Shown here piece by piece: positions 9,777 to 20,125 of a stretch of 60,974 bases of DNA. The notes beneath the pieces were generated by a model. The model did not search any database. It saw only the letters and a program-made list of their open reading frames with translations, and had not been told where the DNA came from. Positions within the stretch are counted from its first letter, which is position 1. Every line of letters begins with the position of its first letter. Source of the stretch: a virus (lineage: Duplodnaviria > Caudoviricetes); IMG/VR virus record IMGVR_UViG_3300042922_000258, positions 1-60,974 of that record; one strand, given 5' to 3'. The position numbers and the translations under genes are program-made.

Positions 9777-10463
9777 ATGGCTAGAGACATGACAAAGCTG
9801 CATCCAAAGGTTCAAGACCTTGCTGTCAAGCTAGTTGCTGAATGTGAGAAAATCGGATTACATATCAAAATTACTGATTGTGTTCGTTCCAAGGAAGAGC
9901 AAAACGGAATTAACGCAAGCCGTACGAATTGTAAGTTCCCATCATCTTATCATAATTGGGGATTGGCTTTTGATTTCTGCCGATACGAAGACGTTGATAA
10001 AGATGGAAAGATTTCCGATGATGCTTATAACGATAAGGGAGATTTCTTCCGTAAAGTTGGGCAAGTTGGAAAATCCATTGGGTTAGGTTGGGGTGGAGAT
10101 TTTAAGAGTCTTTACGATGGTCCGCATATGGAATATAAGGGATTGGGAACTCGCTCTCAAATTGAAGCAAAATATAGAACACCTGAAAACTTCTTTAGGT
10201 CATTCGCAATGGCTAAGCCAACAAAGACTATCACAAAGGATTCTCCCGAAGAGGAAATCAGATGGCTTCAACACAATCTCAACCAAGCCATGCAAGACTA
10301 TTCTGACTACAATCCAATTAAAGAGGATGGAAAATATGGCGGTCAATCTAAAAAGGCTGTACGGTCATTCTGGACGCTTCAGGGATGGAATAGGCTTGGA
10401 TTAGATAAAGGTGATAGGTGCGGAATGAAAACCATTAATCGCCTTGACAGCATCACTAAATAA
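9777..10463 (+). CDS. Endolysin, M15 family L-Ala-D-Glu peptidase with C-terminal PG-binding region
   Basis: RSKEEQ, SYHNWGLAFD, WGGDF, DGPHME motifs. Confidence 0.9.
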   Translation: MARDMTKLHPKVQDLAVKLVAECEKIGLHIKITDCVRSKEEQNGINASRTNCKFPSSYHNWGLAFDFCRYEDVDKDGKISDDAYNDKGDFFRKVGQVGKSIGLGWGGDFKSLYDGPHMEYKGLGTRSQIEAKYRTPENFFRSFAMAKPTKTITKDSPEEEIRWLQHNLNQAMQDYSDYNPIKEDGKYGGQSKKAVRSFWTLQGWNRLGLDKGDRCGMKTINRLDSITK

Positions 10464-10467
10464 ATCT

Positions 10468-10500
10468 TGCCCCTAGACTATTCAAAATGGTCTAGGGGCA
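10468..10500. terminator. Bidirectional terminator where the late and early operons converge
   Basis: tgcccctagac...gtctaggggca stem. Confidence 0.8.
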
Positions 10501-10514
10501 CTTATTATTCTGTT

Positions 10515-11045
10515 TCAATTTATCTTTTTTAATGCATCTTCGGCTGCTTCTCTAGTGAGGAATACTGACTTGCCGAAATCCTTAACCGAAACTGCAACCC
10601 AATCACCAAGATGCAATATTAATAAACTATTGTAATTAATAGACATTCCTTGAATACGCATTTCGTGAATTTCCATACAGTTTAAATCAAGGTAATATAC
10701 CGTATCTCCAACCTTACACGGAAGCTTAATCAATAATCCTTGTTCCTCTGCAATCTTCATTTCCCCTAACTCGGCGGTAGCTTTGATTGCTTCAGCTTTC
10801 CAATAATCACGGTCTGTGTCTAATTCTTCAATCCGCAATCCCATTTTAATAATTGAATTTGATTGTGTTCGTGTTATATTATTTAAATTTATAACCGCTT
10901 CTGGTGTTAATCCGGTATTCTCATATTCTGCCAATTTGCTAAACACCGAATATTTATCATATCCATCTTTGACGGCTTGTACTGACATGCCCCATATTCC
11001 GTTATGAAATTCTGTTAATCTATTCATGACTTTATCTCCATTCAT
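10515..11045 (-). CDS. Phage hypothetical protein (LAEYE..GL / LPCKVGDTVY / VFLTREAA family)
   Basis: Motifs typical of early-region Clostridia phage proteins. Confidence 0.65.
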   Translation of the reverse strand: MNGDKVMNRLTEFHNGIWGMSVQAVKDGYDKYSVFSKLAEYENTGLTPEAVINLNNITRTQSNSIIKMGLRIEELDTDRDYWKAEAIKATAELGEMKIAEEQGLLIKLPCKVGDTVYYLDLNCMEIHEMRIQGMSINYNSLLILHLGDWVAVSVKDFGKSVFLTREAAEDALKKIN

Positions 11046-11056
11046 GGCAAATTAAA

Positions 11057-11305
11057 TTAATATCTATCGCATATTTCTAATCCTCTATAAATCTGTTCTG
11101 TGATTGACTTTCTAATATCTTCTGCGTTCACAAATTCATTTCCTAGCCTAATATTGATTTCCGCTTTCGCTGAAGACATTATATTTCTCATAGTGCTAGG
11201 AATGATATAGGCACACGCTTCTATGCGTTTATCATTACATGTATCTTTCTTGCCGCATTTACTACATTTATCACTCAGTTGTGACATTGAATCGTGTTCG
11301 CTCAT
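11057..11305 (-). CDS. Small Cys-rich protein, paralog of 54239..54535
   Basis: LSDKCSKCGKKDTCNDKRIEACAYI. Confidence 0.65.
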   Translation of the reverse strand: MSEHDSMSQLSDKCSKCGKKDTCNDKRIEACAYIIPSTMRNIMSSAKAEINIRLGNEFVNAEDIRKSITEQIYRGLEICDRY

Positions 11306-11337
11306 ATTTTCCTTTCCGCTGTTATCAGATAATCAAA

Positions 11338-11610
11338 TTAAATCTCGAATACTGTAATTGGTGCATAGCCTTTCTTCTGCTCTTTACTATATACAAACAT
11401 GCATTGACTTGTACCACACCATGGAACTGTTTTAACCCATCTATGGATTGTTCGCTTTTCTATCTCCTCAATGCTTTCTACTGGTTCCCAATCATGCGAT
11501 ACAGCATCTGCAAATTCGCGTTTATCATGATGCCCATACGAAAAATATCCTAATGTACTGCATCCTTCGATTTCTCCTATGGTACATGTTTTAAGTTTAT
11601 ACTGTTTCAT
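11338..11610 (-). CDS. Hypothetical protein
   Basis: RBS aggagg, 90 aa ORF. Confidence 0.6.
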   Translation of the reverse strand: MKQYKLKTCTIGEIEGCSTLGYFSYGHHDKREFADAVSHDWEPVESIEEIEKRTIHRWVKTVPWCGTSQCMFVYSKEQKKGYAPITVFEI

Positions 11611-11700
11611 AATTTCCTCCTTATCAGCTATACCGGACTTACCGGATTAATTGTTTACAGTTATAATTACATTCGCTATAATCTCCATGAGGTGATTCCC

Positions 11701-11904
11701 ATGCAAATAAACGTAATAGCTACCTTTAATACTGTTGGTGATGCAAAGCCTGTCTATGTATCATTTGACGATGTAAAATCTAAAATAACAAGGATTGTCA
11801 ATGTTGAGAAAGACAAAGGCTTAATTCGGTATTGGTGCTATTTCGATACTGATGATAAGCTTATATTGCTGTGTTTTGACGGGGCGAAGTGGTGGATTGA
11901 ATAG
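11701..11904 (+). CDS. Small protein counter-oriented in the early operon
   Basis: RBS gaggtga and own TATAAT promoter (about 11677-11682); MQINVIATFNTVGDAKP...KWWIE. Confidence 0.6.
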   Translation: MQINVIATFNTVGDAKPVYVSFDDVKSKITRIVNVEKDKGLIRYWCYFDTDDKLILLCFDGAKWWIE

Positions 11905-12097
11905 GTCTGCCGCATTCTGGACAAAATCTCATATTGTTCTCTTCCGGTGTATCTGCGTTCAAAGTCCATAAGGCTCCGCACTTGCTGCATTCGTATGTAT
12001 TGCTATCTTCATCATATAGAGTGTATTCACATGGTTCTTTCTGCTCGGATAGGATAATCTCTTTTATTCTCTCTGCCATCTGAATTTTTCCCATCAA
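11861..12097 (-). CDS. Zinc-ribbon protein (CSKC...CPEC), start uncertain
   Basis: Two CxxC motifs; the RBS-linked ATGs at about 12173-12177 are out of frame, so it may be frameshifted. Confidence 0.45.
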   Translation of the reverse strand: MMGKIQMAERIKEIILSEQKEPCEYTLYDEDSNTYECSKCGALWTLNADTPEENNMRFCPECGRPIQSTTSPRQNTAI

Positions 12098-12253
12098 GGT
12101 ACCATAAACCTCTTCGGTAAACGTTCCAGAGATTAATATTTTGGGTATACGGATTTACCTGTGGTTTTTTCATTCATTTTAACCTCTCTTTCATTGTTTT
12201 ACATACGGATTTAGGTGTGGTATAATCATCCTTAAAGAAAGGAGTGATTTACC

Positions 12254-13696
12254 ATAAATTACGATATTGGAATATCAGAAATTGTCTGTACCGAACGTTA
12301 TGAGGATACTGACGGTTTAAGTATTCTTTATGATGCAGAGATTGCTAAACGGCCAAATCAATGTACAAATCCTAAGTGTATGCATCATATCAAACCTCAC
12401 GTTCACGGCTCTAAAACCAATCTCATTAAGGATATTAAATCCGAAGGTAAAATTGTTTTGATTAATCTTAAAATCAACCGTTATCGCTGTCCTGATTGTA
12501 AATATGTCTTTCCAGATGAATTTACTTTCTACGAGAAGAATGAACACATCTCTAAGAGACTTAAACAGGAGTTTGTAAAACGCTGTATTAACGGTGAAAC
12601 ATTCCGTTACATAGCCAACGACTACAGTGTTGATGGTAAGACAGTTGCTAAAGCATTTAATGATTATGCCGATACCCACAGGGATAAAGCCGTATTAACT
12701 TACACCCCTGCAATACTGGGTATTGACGAAGCCCATATCGATGACCATTATCGCCTTGTTCTAACCGATATCTTTAATCATAAGTTGTTAGATATTAAGA
12801 AAGATAATAAAAAGGCTACCGTTAAGGATTACTTGCGAACGTTGGACAAGAACGTCTGCCAGTGTGTTACTATGGACTTAGCAAAAGGTTATGCCTATTG
12901 TGTCAAAGAGGTTCTTCCTGATGCTGTAATCGTTGTTGATAAGTTTCATGTCATTCAAGAGATTAACCGTTGTGTTGATAATGTTCGTAAGGATTTACAA
13001 AACCATTATCGAGGTCAAGGCTATGATATAAGAGTTTTTAAGCAATCCAGAACCCTGTTTATGACCAATTGGGAGGATTTATCACCAAGGGCTACCGATA
13101 AGCTTAATGAATGGTTTAATGAGTTCCCAGAGCTATATGAAGCCTATATGGTTAAAGAAACTTTTCGTGATATCTATGCTAATGCTAAAGACTATATTGA
13201 AGCTTCTAAGATGTTTAATGATTGGCTTTATGCTGTACCTGACTGGGAACGCTTTAGAGCCATGAAAAACACCTTTGCCGACCGTAAGGAGCATATTATC
13301 AACTACTGGAAGTATCAATGGACTAATGCCTATACTGAATCGGTAAACAATTCTATCAAGAAGATTGAAAAAGCTGGACGAGGTTACAAATTTGATGTCC
13401 TACGTGACCGTTGTATACTTTCAATCAATAACCCTGCTCCTGATAAATTCAACCACAAGAATGCTATCTATATATCAAAGAACAAGGGCAGAAGCGTATC
13501 GCAAATGCTTGGATATAAGAGGAAAAAGTCGTTATACGATATTGCTTTAAAACTCAATGTTGACCATCTTAGACCTATTACTTTGTATACTGAAAACACA
13601 AAGGATATTGACAACTTGGTTACTCTTACACCTGAACAGAATCGAATGATTGACTATCTACAAATTCTTGGTCGTAGCATGAGAAGTTCTGATTAG
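12254..13696 (+). mobile_element. ISL3-family DDE transposase (probable ATA start at 12254); no terminal IRs seen
   Basis: CTNPKC...CPDC zinc finger, HTH, GIDE, VTMD, VDKFHV, TNAYTESVNNSIK. The frame is open from the ATA at 12254 behind aggag. Confidence 0.85.
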
Positions 13697-13699
13697 CCC

Positions 13700-14692
13700 C
13701 TATTTGGGGCTTTTCTTATGTACCAGTTTATCTTTCATTATGTAAAACTTTTTATACTGTCTTGTGTATTCATAACTTTTGCCAAAAATATTATTTATAG
13801 CTACAAGAAGTTTTGGTTCATATTGTTGAACCACATTTAATTCAAACTCAAACTCCCTATTAAAAGGACAACCAACACATCCAGTTCTCACAAGCCCATA
13901 TTCCGAATAACATTTACTATGTACAATATTATAATGATTATCGTAATCGCATTTATCTTCATTCTTATACCAAAAAAGAGGTCTGTAATTATCATATGTG
14001 TCACCATTTTCATCAAAACAACTCTTTATTTTATTAGCACGAAGTCCACCTTCTGCCTTTCTCACACCCAGAATATTTAAATCATATTCATTGTCTTTTA
14101 ATAATTTGTGTGCAACATCCTTTTTTGCATATTTACAACATACATTTGATATTGTAAATGTCGGTGGATTTTCTACCATAAATTCTTTAAGCCACTTATT
14201 ATTTCTGATATTGAATTGGTCGGATTTATTTGAGTTACACCACCATTCCAAATATGATTTACAGTTGTCATATTCTTTTAATAATTGTTCTAATGGTTTA
14301 TCTTCAAATTTAAAACCATGTCGCTGTAATCCACTAACCATAATGCTTACCTTTTTACTTAAAAATGGAATGCCATATTCTCTACAACTTGTAGGAATTG
14401 CCTTTATAGCTTTACAGCGTTTTATTTCAATTCCATACTTATTTTCAAGATATATTAAATGTTCTTTGGTGGCTTGATATTCGATTCCAGTATCAAACCA
14501 AACATATTCAATTTTATGTTCTTTGTCACATTTAACACAAATATCAAGCATAACATCACTATCAGAACCACCACTGATTGAACATAATATTTTTTTATAC
14601 TTAGGATTATTTATCTTTGAATATGCTCTTACTAAATTATCACCGATTATTTGATTCTTCGGACAATCTTCTAATATTTCATATAATTCCAT
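13700..14692 (-). CDS. PAPS-reductase-family (PP-loop, Fe-S) protein 1
   Basis: SISGGSDS, DTGIEY, CCKYAKK, GVRKAEG, RTGCVGCP. Confidence 0.9.
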   Translation of the reverse strand: MELYEILEDCPKNQIIGDNLVRAYSKINNPKYKKILCSISGGSDSDVMLDICVKCDKEHKIEYVWFDTGIEYQATKEHLIYLENKYGIEIKRCKAIKAIPTSCREYGIPFLSKKVSIMVSGLQRHGFKFEDKPLEQLLKEYDNCKSYLEWWCNSNKSDQFNIRNNKWLKEFMVENPPTFTISNVCCKYAKKDVAHKLLKDNEYDLNILGVRKAEGGLRANKIKSCFDENGDTYDNYRPLFWYKNEDKCDYDNHYNIVHSKCYSEYGLVRTGCVGCPFNREFEFELNVVQQYEPKLLVAINNIFGKSYEYTRQYKKFYIMKDKLVHKKSPK

Positions 14693-14873
14693 TATCTACT
14701 TGGAGTAAACACGTGTTTCGCTGGTCGACCAAACCCCTTACTCCTTTCTTTAAATACCACAATTTTTATCTATTTCTTATCATTTTACTGATTTATGCCA
14801 TTACCACACCTAATTCCTCGTACCCATATTTTTTTGATGCATAATATCTCCGCATCTATCTTCTCAATTAAAC

Positions 14874-15113
14874 TCATTCAGATACCTCCAATAATTCCGC
14901 TTGTTTATTCCACGCAATACTTGCTTCTCGCAACGTAGTTTTTGATACTCTAAGATTTTTTAATACTTTTAGCTTTACCCTTGGCAATTCATATTCTTTT
15001 CTACATTCCTTGCATCTTATAAAGCAATCACAATCATGCTCATAACGGAAAGGATTTGCCATCAATTTTATATCTCCGCCGCATGAAGGACATTTCTTTA
15101 ATTCAAATTGCAT
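14874..15113 (-). CDS. Lar-like zinc-ribbon protein
   Basis: LKKCPSCG...CKEC...AWN pattern of the restriction-alleviation Lar-like family. Confidence 0.55.
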   Translation of the reverse strand: MQFELKKCPSCGGDIKLMANPFRYEHDCDCFIRCKECRKEYELPRVKLKVLKNLRVSKTTLREASIAWNKQAELLEVSE

Positions 15114-15140
15114 CTGTATTCTCCTTAATCTTATAATCCA

Positions 15141-15605
15141 TTACCTTGCGTACAAGGTCGGCTTCATCCTCGATATTTTCTGGAGTGCCACAAATTTCTG
15201 ATATCGGACATTTATAGCACGTTGGCCTGCTCTCACATATTGCCTTTGCCTTGCGTAAAAACTCAATTGCTCCTGTAATTCTTTCACGCTCCAATCTATT
15301 GCTTGACCACACACCCAACAATGTGTTGTTTTCCACCATGCATAAGCAACTATATTATTTTTGCATGATGGGCATTCTCCTACGTGCTGATTTGCGTGAT
15401 GCTTAGTATCTATTTGATTTGAGACATTTAATGCTTTCTTTGGTATCTGCTTTTCAAGTGCGGATATTGCTAATTCTTGATACATTATCCACTCCTTAAT
15501 ATGTTCCTCTTCACCTTCTGGCAATGGCAAATCCAATTCCTCTTTTGAAAGGCCGAGATTGATTTTAAATTCCTTTATAGCTTTTTCAATTCCTTGCTTA
15601 TTCAT
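15141..15605 (-). CDS. Zinc-ribbon protein (ALEKQIPKK...CGQAIDW family)
   Basis: Paralog of 19844..20125; the 3' end overlaps the next ORF. Confidence 0.55.
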   Translation of the reverse strand: MNKQGIEKAIKEFKINLGLSKEELDLPLPEGEEEHIKEWIMYQELAISALEKQIPKKALNVSNQIDTKHHANQHVGECPSCKNNIVAYAWWKTTHCWVCGQAIDWSVKELQEQLSFYARQRQYVRAGQRAINVRYQKFVALQKISRMKPTLYAR

Positions 15606-15942
15606 CCTTGGCAGCTCCTTTCATTACAATTTCTAATGCTTTAGCAATCGCATATTCCTTGGTTAAATTACCCTTGCTATTTAGAAATTCAAATTCTAGT
15701 TGCTCCACAACCTTATCCACATCATAGGCGGTAGGAACTTGCACTATAAAATTTATAAAGCTATTAATAGAAGCTTCTATGGTGGCATCTACTAATGTTC
15801 CGTGTTGTCTATTAATAATTGCTTGTGCTTGCAAGTCTCTTAACCAATCCATAACTACTTTTCTGCTAATTAAATCACTCATACTAAATTCTCCCTCCCT
15901 CAATCGACAACTGCTTATCCCTAACCGTATGTACGATGCCAT
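15598..15942 (-). CDS. Hypothetical protein (DLISRK...PTAYDVDKVVEQL family)
   Basis: Typical Clostridia phage early protein; the true start is probably MSDLIS. Confidence 0.6.
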   Translation of the reverse strand: MASYIRLGISSCRLREGEFSMSDLISRKVVMDWLRDLQAQAIINRQHGTLVDATIEASINSFINFIVQVPTAYDVDKVVEQLEFEFLNSKGNLTKEYAIAKALEIVMKGAAKDE

Positions 15943-16073
15943 CCTTAATCATAATAGGTCTAATTGTAAAATTGCCTTGGTTATGTTTCCGCAGAAGTAT
16001 TCTTGGGTCTGCGTAGATTGTTACTCTTGGATTGCTCATGTGGGTTCCCCTTTCTTGGAGTTTGATTATCCTC

Positions 16074-17462
16074 CTATGCGAATTTTAATTGTGGTGAGGC
16101 GTTATCTATTGTTACATTCGGCATTCGATCGCCTATCTTAAGATAAGGACATGCTGTCAAGGCAAGCGCTTCCGCCATTATTGGTACAACGCTGTTTCCT
16201 ATCCCTTCGACCTGTTTACTTTTCGGATATGGCTTTCCATTGTCTTGCTTAAAATCAATTATGTAATCCTTTGGGAAGCCTTGTCCTAGCTTTAATTCCT
16301 CCGGCTTAAGCATCCTAAACCAAATATCAACGATCTGATAAGTTACCCCATCGATAACCACGAGCACTAATCCAAACCGGTCCTTTGTAACTATGGTGCC
16401 TATTGGTTCGTTAATACTCTGACCAATACCTTGTCCGTAATATTTGATTAAGAATGCAGATACAAGAGCAAAGTGTCCAGGTGAAGTAGTAATTGTATGT
16501 ATTGGATCAGCTATACTTTGTCCGGTTCCTGTTTTATAAAATTTTGAAAGAAAGCAAGTTATTAAACCATATCTATTTGATGTATCAATTGTCTGTATTG
16601 GATCATTAAGGCTTTGCCCTCTTACTTCTCCTTTTACTGTCTCTGAATGGTACTGGATAAGAAACGGTGTTGCTAATTTGTATGGAATAATAAAACGATT
16701 AGGATCTTCAATAACAAATTTCTTTATACCGGCTGCTATGCGTTTCAGCGTCTTATCTTTTAATGGTGTCTTACGAGTAAATATTGAGCTACCTAAATCT
16801 GTAAAGTCCATATCTTGACTAATTGGTTCCCATGGAAGAAGTCCATTTACACCACATTTTGAATGAGTCTGCTCAGGCCATTTTATCGGTCTGCCATCAC
16901 TTCTGAATTGTCCGTACCATCGTTCTCTGGTTGTATGCGCTCCATAATCAGCGGCAATCAATACCCGATATTCGAACTGATACCCTAATGCTTTCATAAG
17001 CTGAATGAATTTCTGATAGTATTCTCCTTCTCGTTCCTTGATTGGCTTATTGTTTTCATCCAAAGGACCCCACTTCATAAGCTCTTTGACGTTCTCCATC
17101 ATGAGTACTTCTGGTATATTGCCTGTATATTTTTTAATCTGTTTGCATAATCTCCATACACCCATAGGAAGTATACGTAAACCTCTTTCAATCGGTTTAT
17201 TACCTTTTGCCCTGGAATGAGAAGTGCAATCCGGTGAAGCCCACATGAACGGGAGTCTTTGACCCCATTTCAAATATTTTTTAAGATTAACCCTCATAAT
17301 ATCTTCGGTGAAATGATTTGTATCTGGATGATTTTTTAAATGTGCCGCAATAGCATCTGGATCGTGATTAATTGCAATATCAACTTGTCTGCCGAATGCC
17401 ATTTCTATTCCTACGCTTGCTCCACCTCTTCCGGCAAAGCAATCAATTATTAAGTCTTTCAT
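16074..17462 (-). CDS. DNA (cytosine-5) methyltransferase, orphan
   Basis: DCFAGRGG motif I, WASPDC catalytic motif, MENV, TTRER, GNSVVP; no cognate restriction nuclease seen. Confidence 0.9.
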   Translation of the reverse strand: MKDLIIDCFAGRGGASVGIEMAFGRQVDIAINHDPDAIAAHLKNHPDTNHFTEDIMRVNLKKYLKWGQRLPFMWASPDCTSHSRAKGNKPIERGLRILPMGVWRLCKQIKKYTGNIPEVLMMENVKELMKWGPLDENNKPIKEREGEYYQKFIQLMKALGYQFEYRVLIAADYGAHTTRERWYGQFRSDGRPIKWPEQTHSKCGVNGLLPWEPISQDMDFTDLGSSIFTRKTPLKDKTLKRIAAGIKKFVIEDPNRFIIPYKLATPFLIQYHSETVKGEVRGQSLNDPIQTIDTSNRYGLITCFLSKFYKTGTGQSIADPIHTITTSPGHFALVSAFLIKYYGQGIGQSINEPIGTIVTKDRFGLVLVVIDGVTYQIVDIWFRMLKPEELKLGQGFPKDYIIDFKQDNGKPYPKSKQVEGIGNSVVPIMAEALALTACPYLKIGDRMPNVTIDNASPQLKFA

Positions 17463-17839
17463 TGTCTCACCTTTTCCCTCTTTACGCACCAATCAGGAGA
17501 AGTCTTACAACTCTTATTGACTATCCTCTTGGTAATCAGACAAACATTAACTTCAGTTTCATTCGTGTTGAGAACTCTCAAACAATTTTCACAGCCTTGA
17601 CAGCAAGGAGCTTCATACTCCAAATTTGTTCCCCCTTGCGTAACTGTTGACTGCAATCCCCTTGACCGCATGAAAGTATATAAAGCGCTTTCAGCAACTG
17701 CATCATTAAAATGATATTCGATCAACTCCGCAATCTCTCGAACCGAACATCCACGAACAACATACTTGCCAATTTCCTCGATATATGGATCAAATTTACT
17801 CATTTTTAATCGTCTCTTTGGTTTATACGGCGACTTCAT
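17459..17839 (-). CDS. Hypothetical protein with HTH-like and Cys-rich parts
   Basis: GCSVREIAELI; C-terminal Cys cluster. Confidence 0.55.
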   Translation of the reverse strand: MKSPYKPKRRLKMSKFDPYIEEIGKYVVRGCSVREIAELIEYHFNDAVAESALYTFMRSRGLQSTVTQGGTNLEYEAPCCQGCENCLRVLNTNETEVNVCLITKRIVNKSCKTSPDWCVKREKVRQ

Positions 17840-18164
17840 GATTATCCCTCGCTTTCGGATTTAATCTTAGGCAAATATCATCCCATTCCGTTTTAAATTC
17901 TTCGCTTATCGCAAACGCTTCAACTTCCGGTTCAATAATCTTGCCGTCAAGCAATCGTCTGCTGATTATGTATCGCTTATTTAACACATATCCGCTCTGT
18001 GCATATTGGACAACTTTATCTTTGGGGATTTTCAATAATTCATATGCAACGCATAATTTAACATCTGTAAGTACATATTGCTCGATTGTCCTATCGTAAA
18101 CCGAATAACAATATTTTGTATTAACACCCATTGCGATTCTCCTTTTCTTTATGGTTGGCTTCAA
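17823..18164 (-). CDS. Hypothetical protein
   Basis: ORF in operon orientation. Confidence 0.5.
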   Translation of the reverse strand: MKPTIKKRRIAMGVNTKYCYSVYDRTIEQYVLTDVKLCVAYELLKIPKDKVVQYAQSGYVLNKRYIISRRLLDGKIIEPEVEAFAISEEFKTEWDDICLRLNPKARDNHEVAV

Positions 18165-18354
18165 TAATCATCACCAATTCAACTAAAATTTTTATGCATA
18201 ACTCAAACGGATGCTGACTTTCGATTGCGTGTGCATCGTCGAGAACGAGTTGCCAATTATCAATCTCCTTGACAGCAATCCATTTGGTATAAAATTTATA
18301 TGTGTCGCTGAATATTAATCTGACTTGTTCTTGTGTTGGATTAGAAACCCTCAT
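18121..18354 (-). CDS. Hypothetical protein
   Basis: RBS gaggtg; 77 aa. Confidence 0.55.
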   Translation of the reverse strand: MRVSNPTQEQVRLIFSDTYKFYTKWIAVKEIDNWQLVLDDAHAIESQHPFELCIKILVELVMIIEANHKEKENRNGC

Positions 18355-18371
18355 TCCTAATTCACCTCTTC

Positions 18372-19310
18372 CTAATACTTAACATTAATGTAATCTAAAA
18401 CTTCTCCCAACCCCAACTTGTTAATACAGTAATCATATTGTTTCGGGTGGGTTTCCTTCATCATTTGAAATCGGTTAGGCTCTTTTTCGAGGTGAACCCC
18501 AAACATACAGAACATACAACCTGTCCTTTTACATTTTGATGTGGTTAAATGACTCATACAGCCGTCTAGGCAAGTTTGTCCTTGCAATTGGTCACCTTCG
18601 ATTATTTCTCCGTAACATGAAGCTATTTGAAGGTTGTTTTGCATGATGTAGTGTAGTATGTCTTGTTCTGTCCAGAATGATAGTGGGTTTGATACTGGAT
18701 TTTTATTACAAAATGCGTTGCATCCTTGTTTTAACCATGTCGCTTCTCTTTGTTGACTTTCGTCTGTCATTGTTCCAATGATTGCTTTTTTACCGGATAT
18801 CTTTCCATATTCCTTTACTGGCTTTTTTTTCATAACATTGCAACACTGGTCTGATATTTTAAATGGTGAGTCTATTATTGATTTCCATTTTCCCATATTA
18901 TAAAACCCTTCTTCTCTTCCGTTAAAACAGCCCCAGGCCCAACAACTTTTACCATGTAATTTAACATCGTGTATTTGTCTGCTTGCCATTTTGCTAATCA
19001 CTGGATATCCATATTTCTCAATCACTTGCTTAAAATTCATCTTTGGTCTAAGCCATGCGACATTATCAAATGTCTTTACGAAATCCCTTATCTCTGGATA
19101 TTCCAACCCTGTATCAACAAATACCGCTTCAACATCCGGATACATCTGCCGTACAATATGTAATAGCACCGTGCTGTCTTTGCCTCCAGAGAAGGAAACA
19201 TATACTTGACCGTTCCAATGTTCATACCATTCTTTGATCCGCTCTTGTGTCTTACGTATTTTAACTTCCAAAGGCAAGGCTTGGAGTTGTTGTAACTGCC
19301 ACTTTTCCAT
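18372..19310 (-). CDS. PAPS-reductase-family (PP-loop, Fe-S) protein 2
   Basis: SFSGGKDSTVL, DTGLEYPE, CCNVMKK, RTGCMFC. Confidence 0.9.
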   Translation of the reverse strand: MEKWQLQQLQALPLEVKIRKTQERIKEWYEHWNGQVYVSFSGGKDSTVLLHIVRQMYPDVEAVFVDTGLEYPEIRDFVKTFDNVAWLRPKMNFKQVIEKYGYPVISKMASRQIHDVKLHGKSCWAWGCFNGREEGFYNMGKWKSIIDSPFKISDQCCNVMKKKPVKEYGKISGKKAIIGTMTDESQQREATWLKQGCNAFCNKNPVSNPLSFWTEQDILHYIMQNNLQIASCYGEIIEGDQLQGQTCLDGCMSHLTTSKCKRTGCMFCMFGVHLEKEPNRFQMMKETHPKQYDYCINKLGLGEVLDYINVKY

Positions 19311-19316
19311 AATTTT

Positions 19317-19847
19317 TCACTTCCTTAGTCGTTCAAATAATATTTCCCATCTTCCAATCATCCTCGGCAATTCATTCTGGGCATATATCCAAATCTCCGA
19401 ATACGGTTCTGCTGTCAAGCAAATACCCTCATATCCCTTTATCAGCGTCCCTAGAAGCCTTAATTCGGCTTTAATTTGTAGTTGCCTACCAAACAACTCT
19501 TGTCGTAAAAATTCGGCTTGCTGAGCCTTCTGGAGTGCTTCTGGTGATACTTCTCCGTTTTCCGATATGGGCACATGAAATCTATTTGAAAGGATGATTG
19601 CAGCTTCCTTTTGCGTAACACCCTCGAACAACTCAATAAACTTTGTAACATCACCGCCTTGACCGCATCCCCTACAATAGAAGCCTTTGAAGCCATCAAA
19701 AATTTGCATTGAGGCGTTCTTATCGTTATGAAAGGGGCAGAGCGTGAAATACGAACCGCCCCTTTTGATAATTTTGAAATTGTAATATTCAGCTACTTGG
19801 CGCATGGTGATTGAGTTTCGGAGGAGGTAGAAATCGGATTTAGTCAT
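19317..19847 (-). CDS. CHC2 zinc-finger (primase-type) domain protein
   Basis: CPFHND..S...FYCRGCG.GGDV. Confidence 0.9.
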   Translation of the reverse strand: MTKSDFYLLRNSITMRQVAEYYNFKIIKRGGSYFTLCPFHNDKNASMQIFDGFKGFYCRGCGQGGDVTKFIELFEGVTQKEAAIILSNRFHVPISENGEVSPEALQKAQQAEFLRQELFGRQLQIKAELRLLGTLIKGYEGICLTAEPYSEIWIYAQNELPRMIGRWEILFERLRK

Positions 19848-20125
19848 GGGGTATCAGTCCAATCAATGGCTTGACCGCATTTCGGGCAATAATAAAATCG
19901 GTCAGAATGATATGTATGCACATATTCGCAACCATTTGGACAATGGAAATAGTTGTTGCCTATATGGTTTGGCTTCTTTGGTATCTGCTTTTCAAGTGAT
20001 GAAATTATTATATCTTCTTCGCCTTTAATTGTTTTTAGGTGGCAACTATAAGACTTTTCATATTCGATATCATTGATAATTTCTTTTAATTTTTCAACGT
20101 TATTCATCCACTGCCTCCCATTCAA
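19844..20125 (-). CDS. Zinc-ribbon protein
   Basis: LEKQIPKKP...CPNGC...YCPKCGQAIDW. Confidence 0.65.
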   Translation of the reverse strand: MNGRQWMNNVEKLKEIINDIEYEKSYSCHLKTIKGEEDIIISSLEKQIPKKPNHIGNNYFHCPNGCEYVHTYHSDRFYYCPKCGQAIDWTDTP

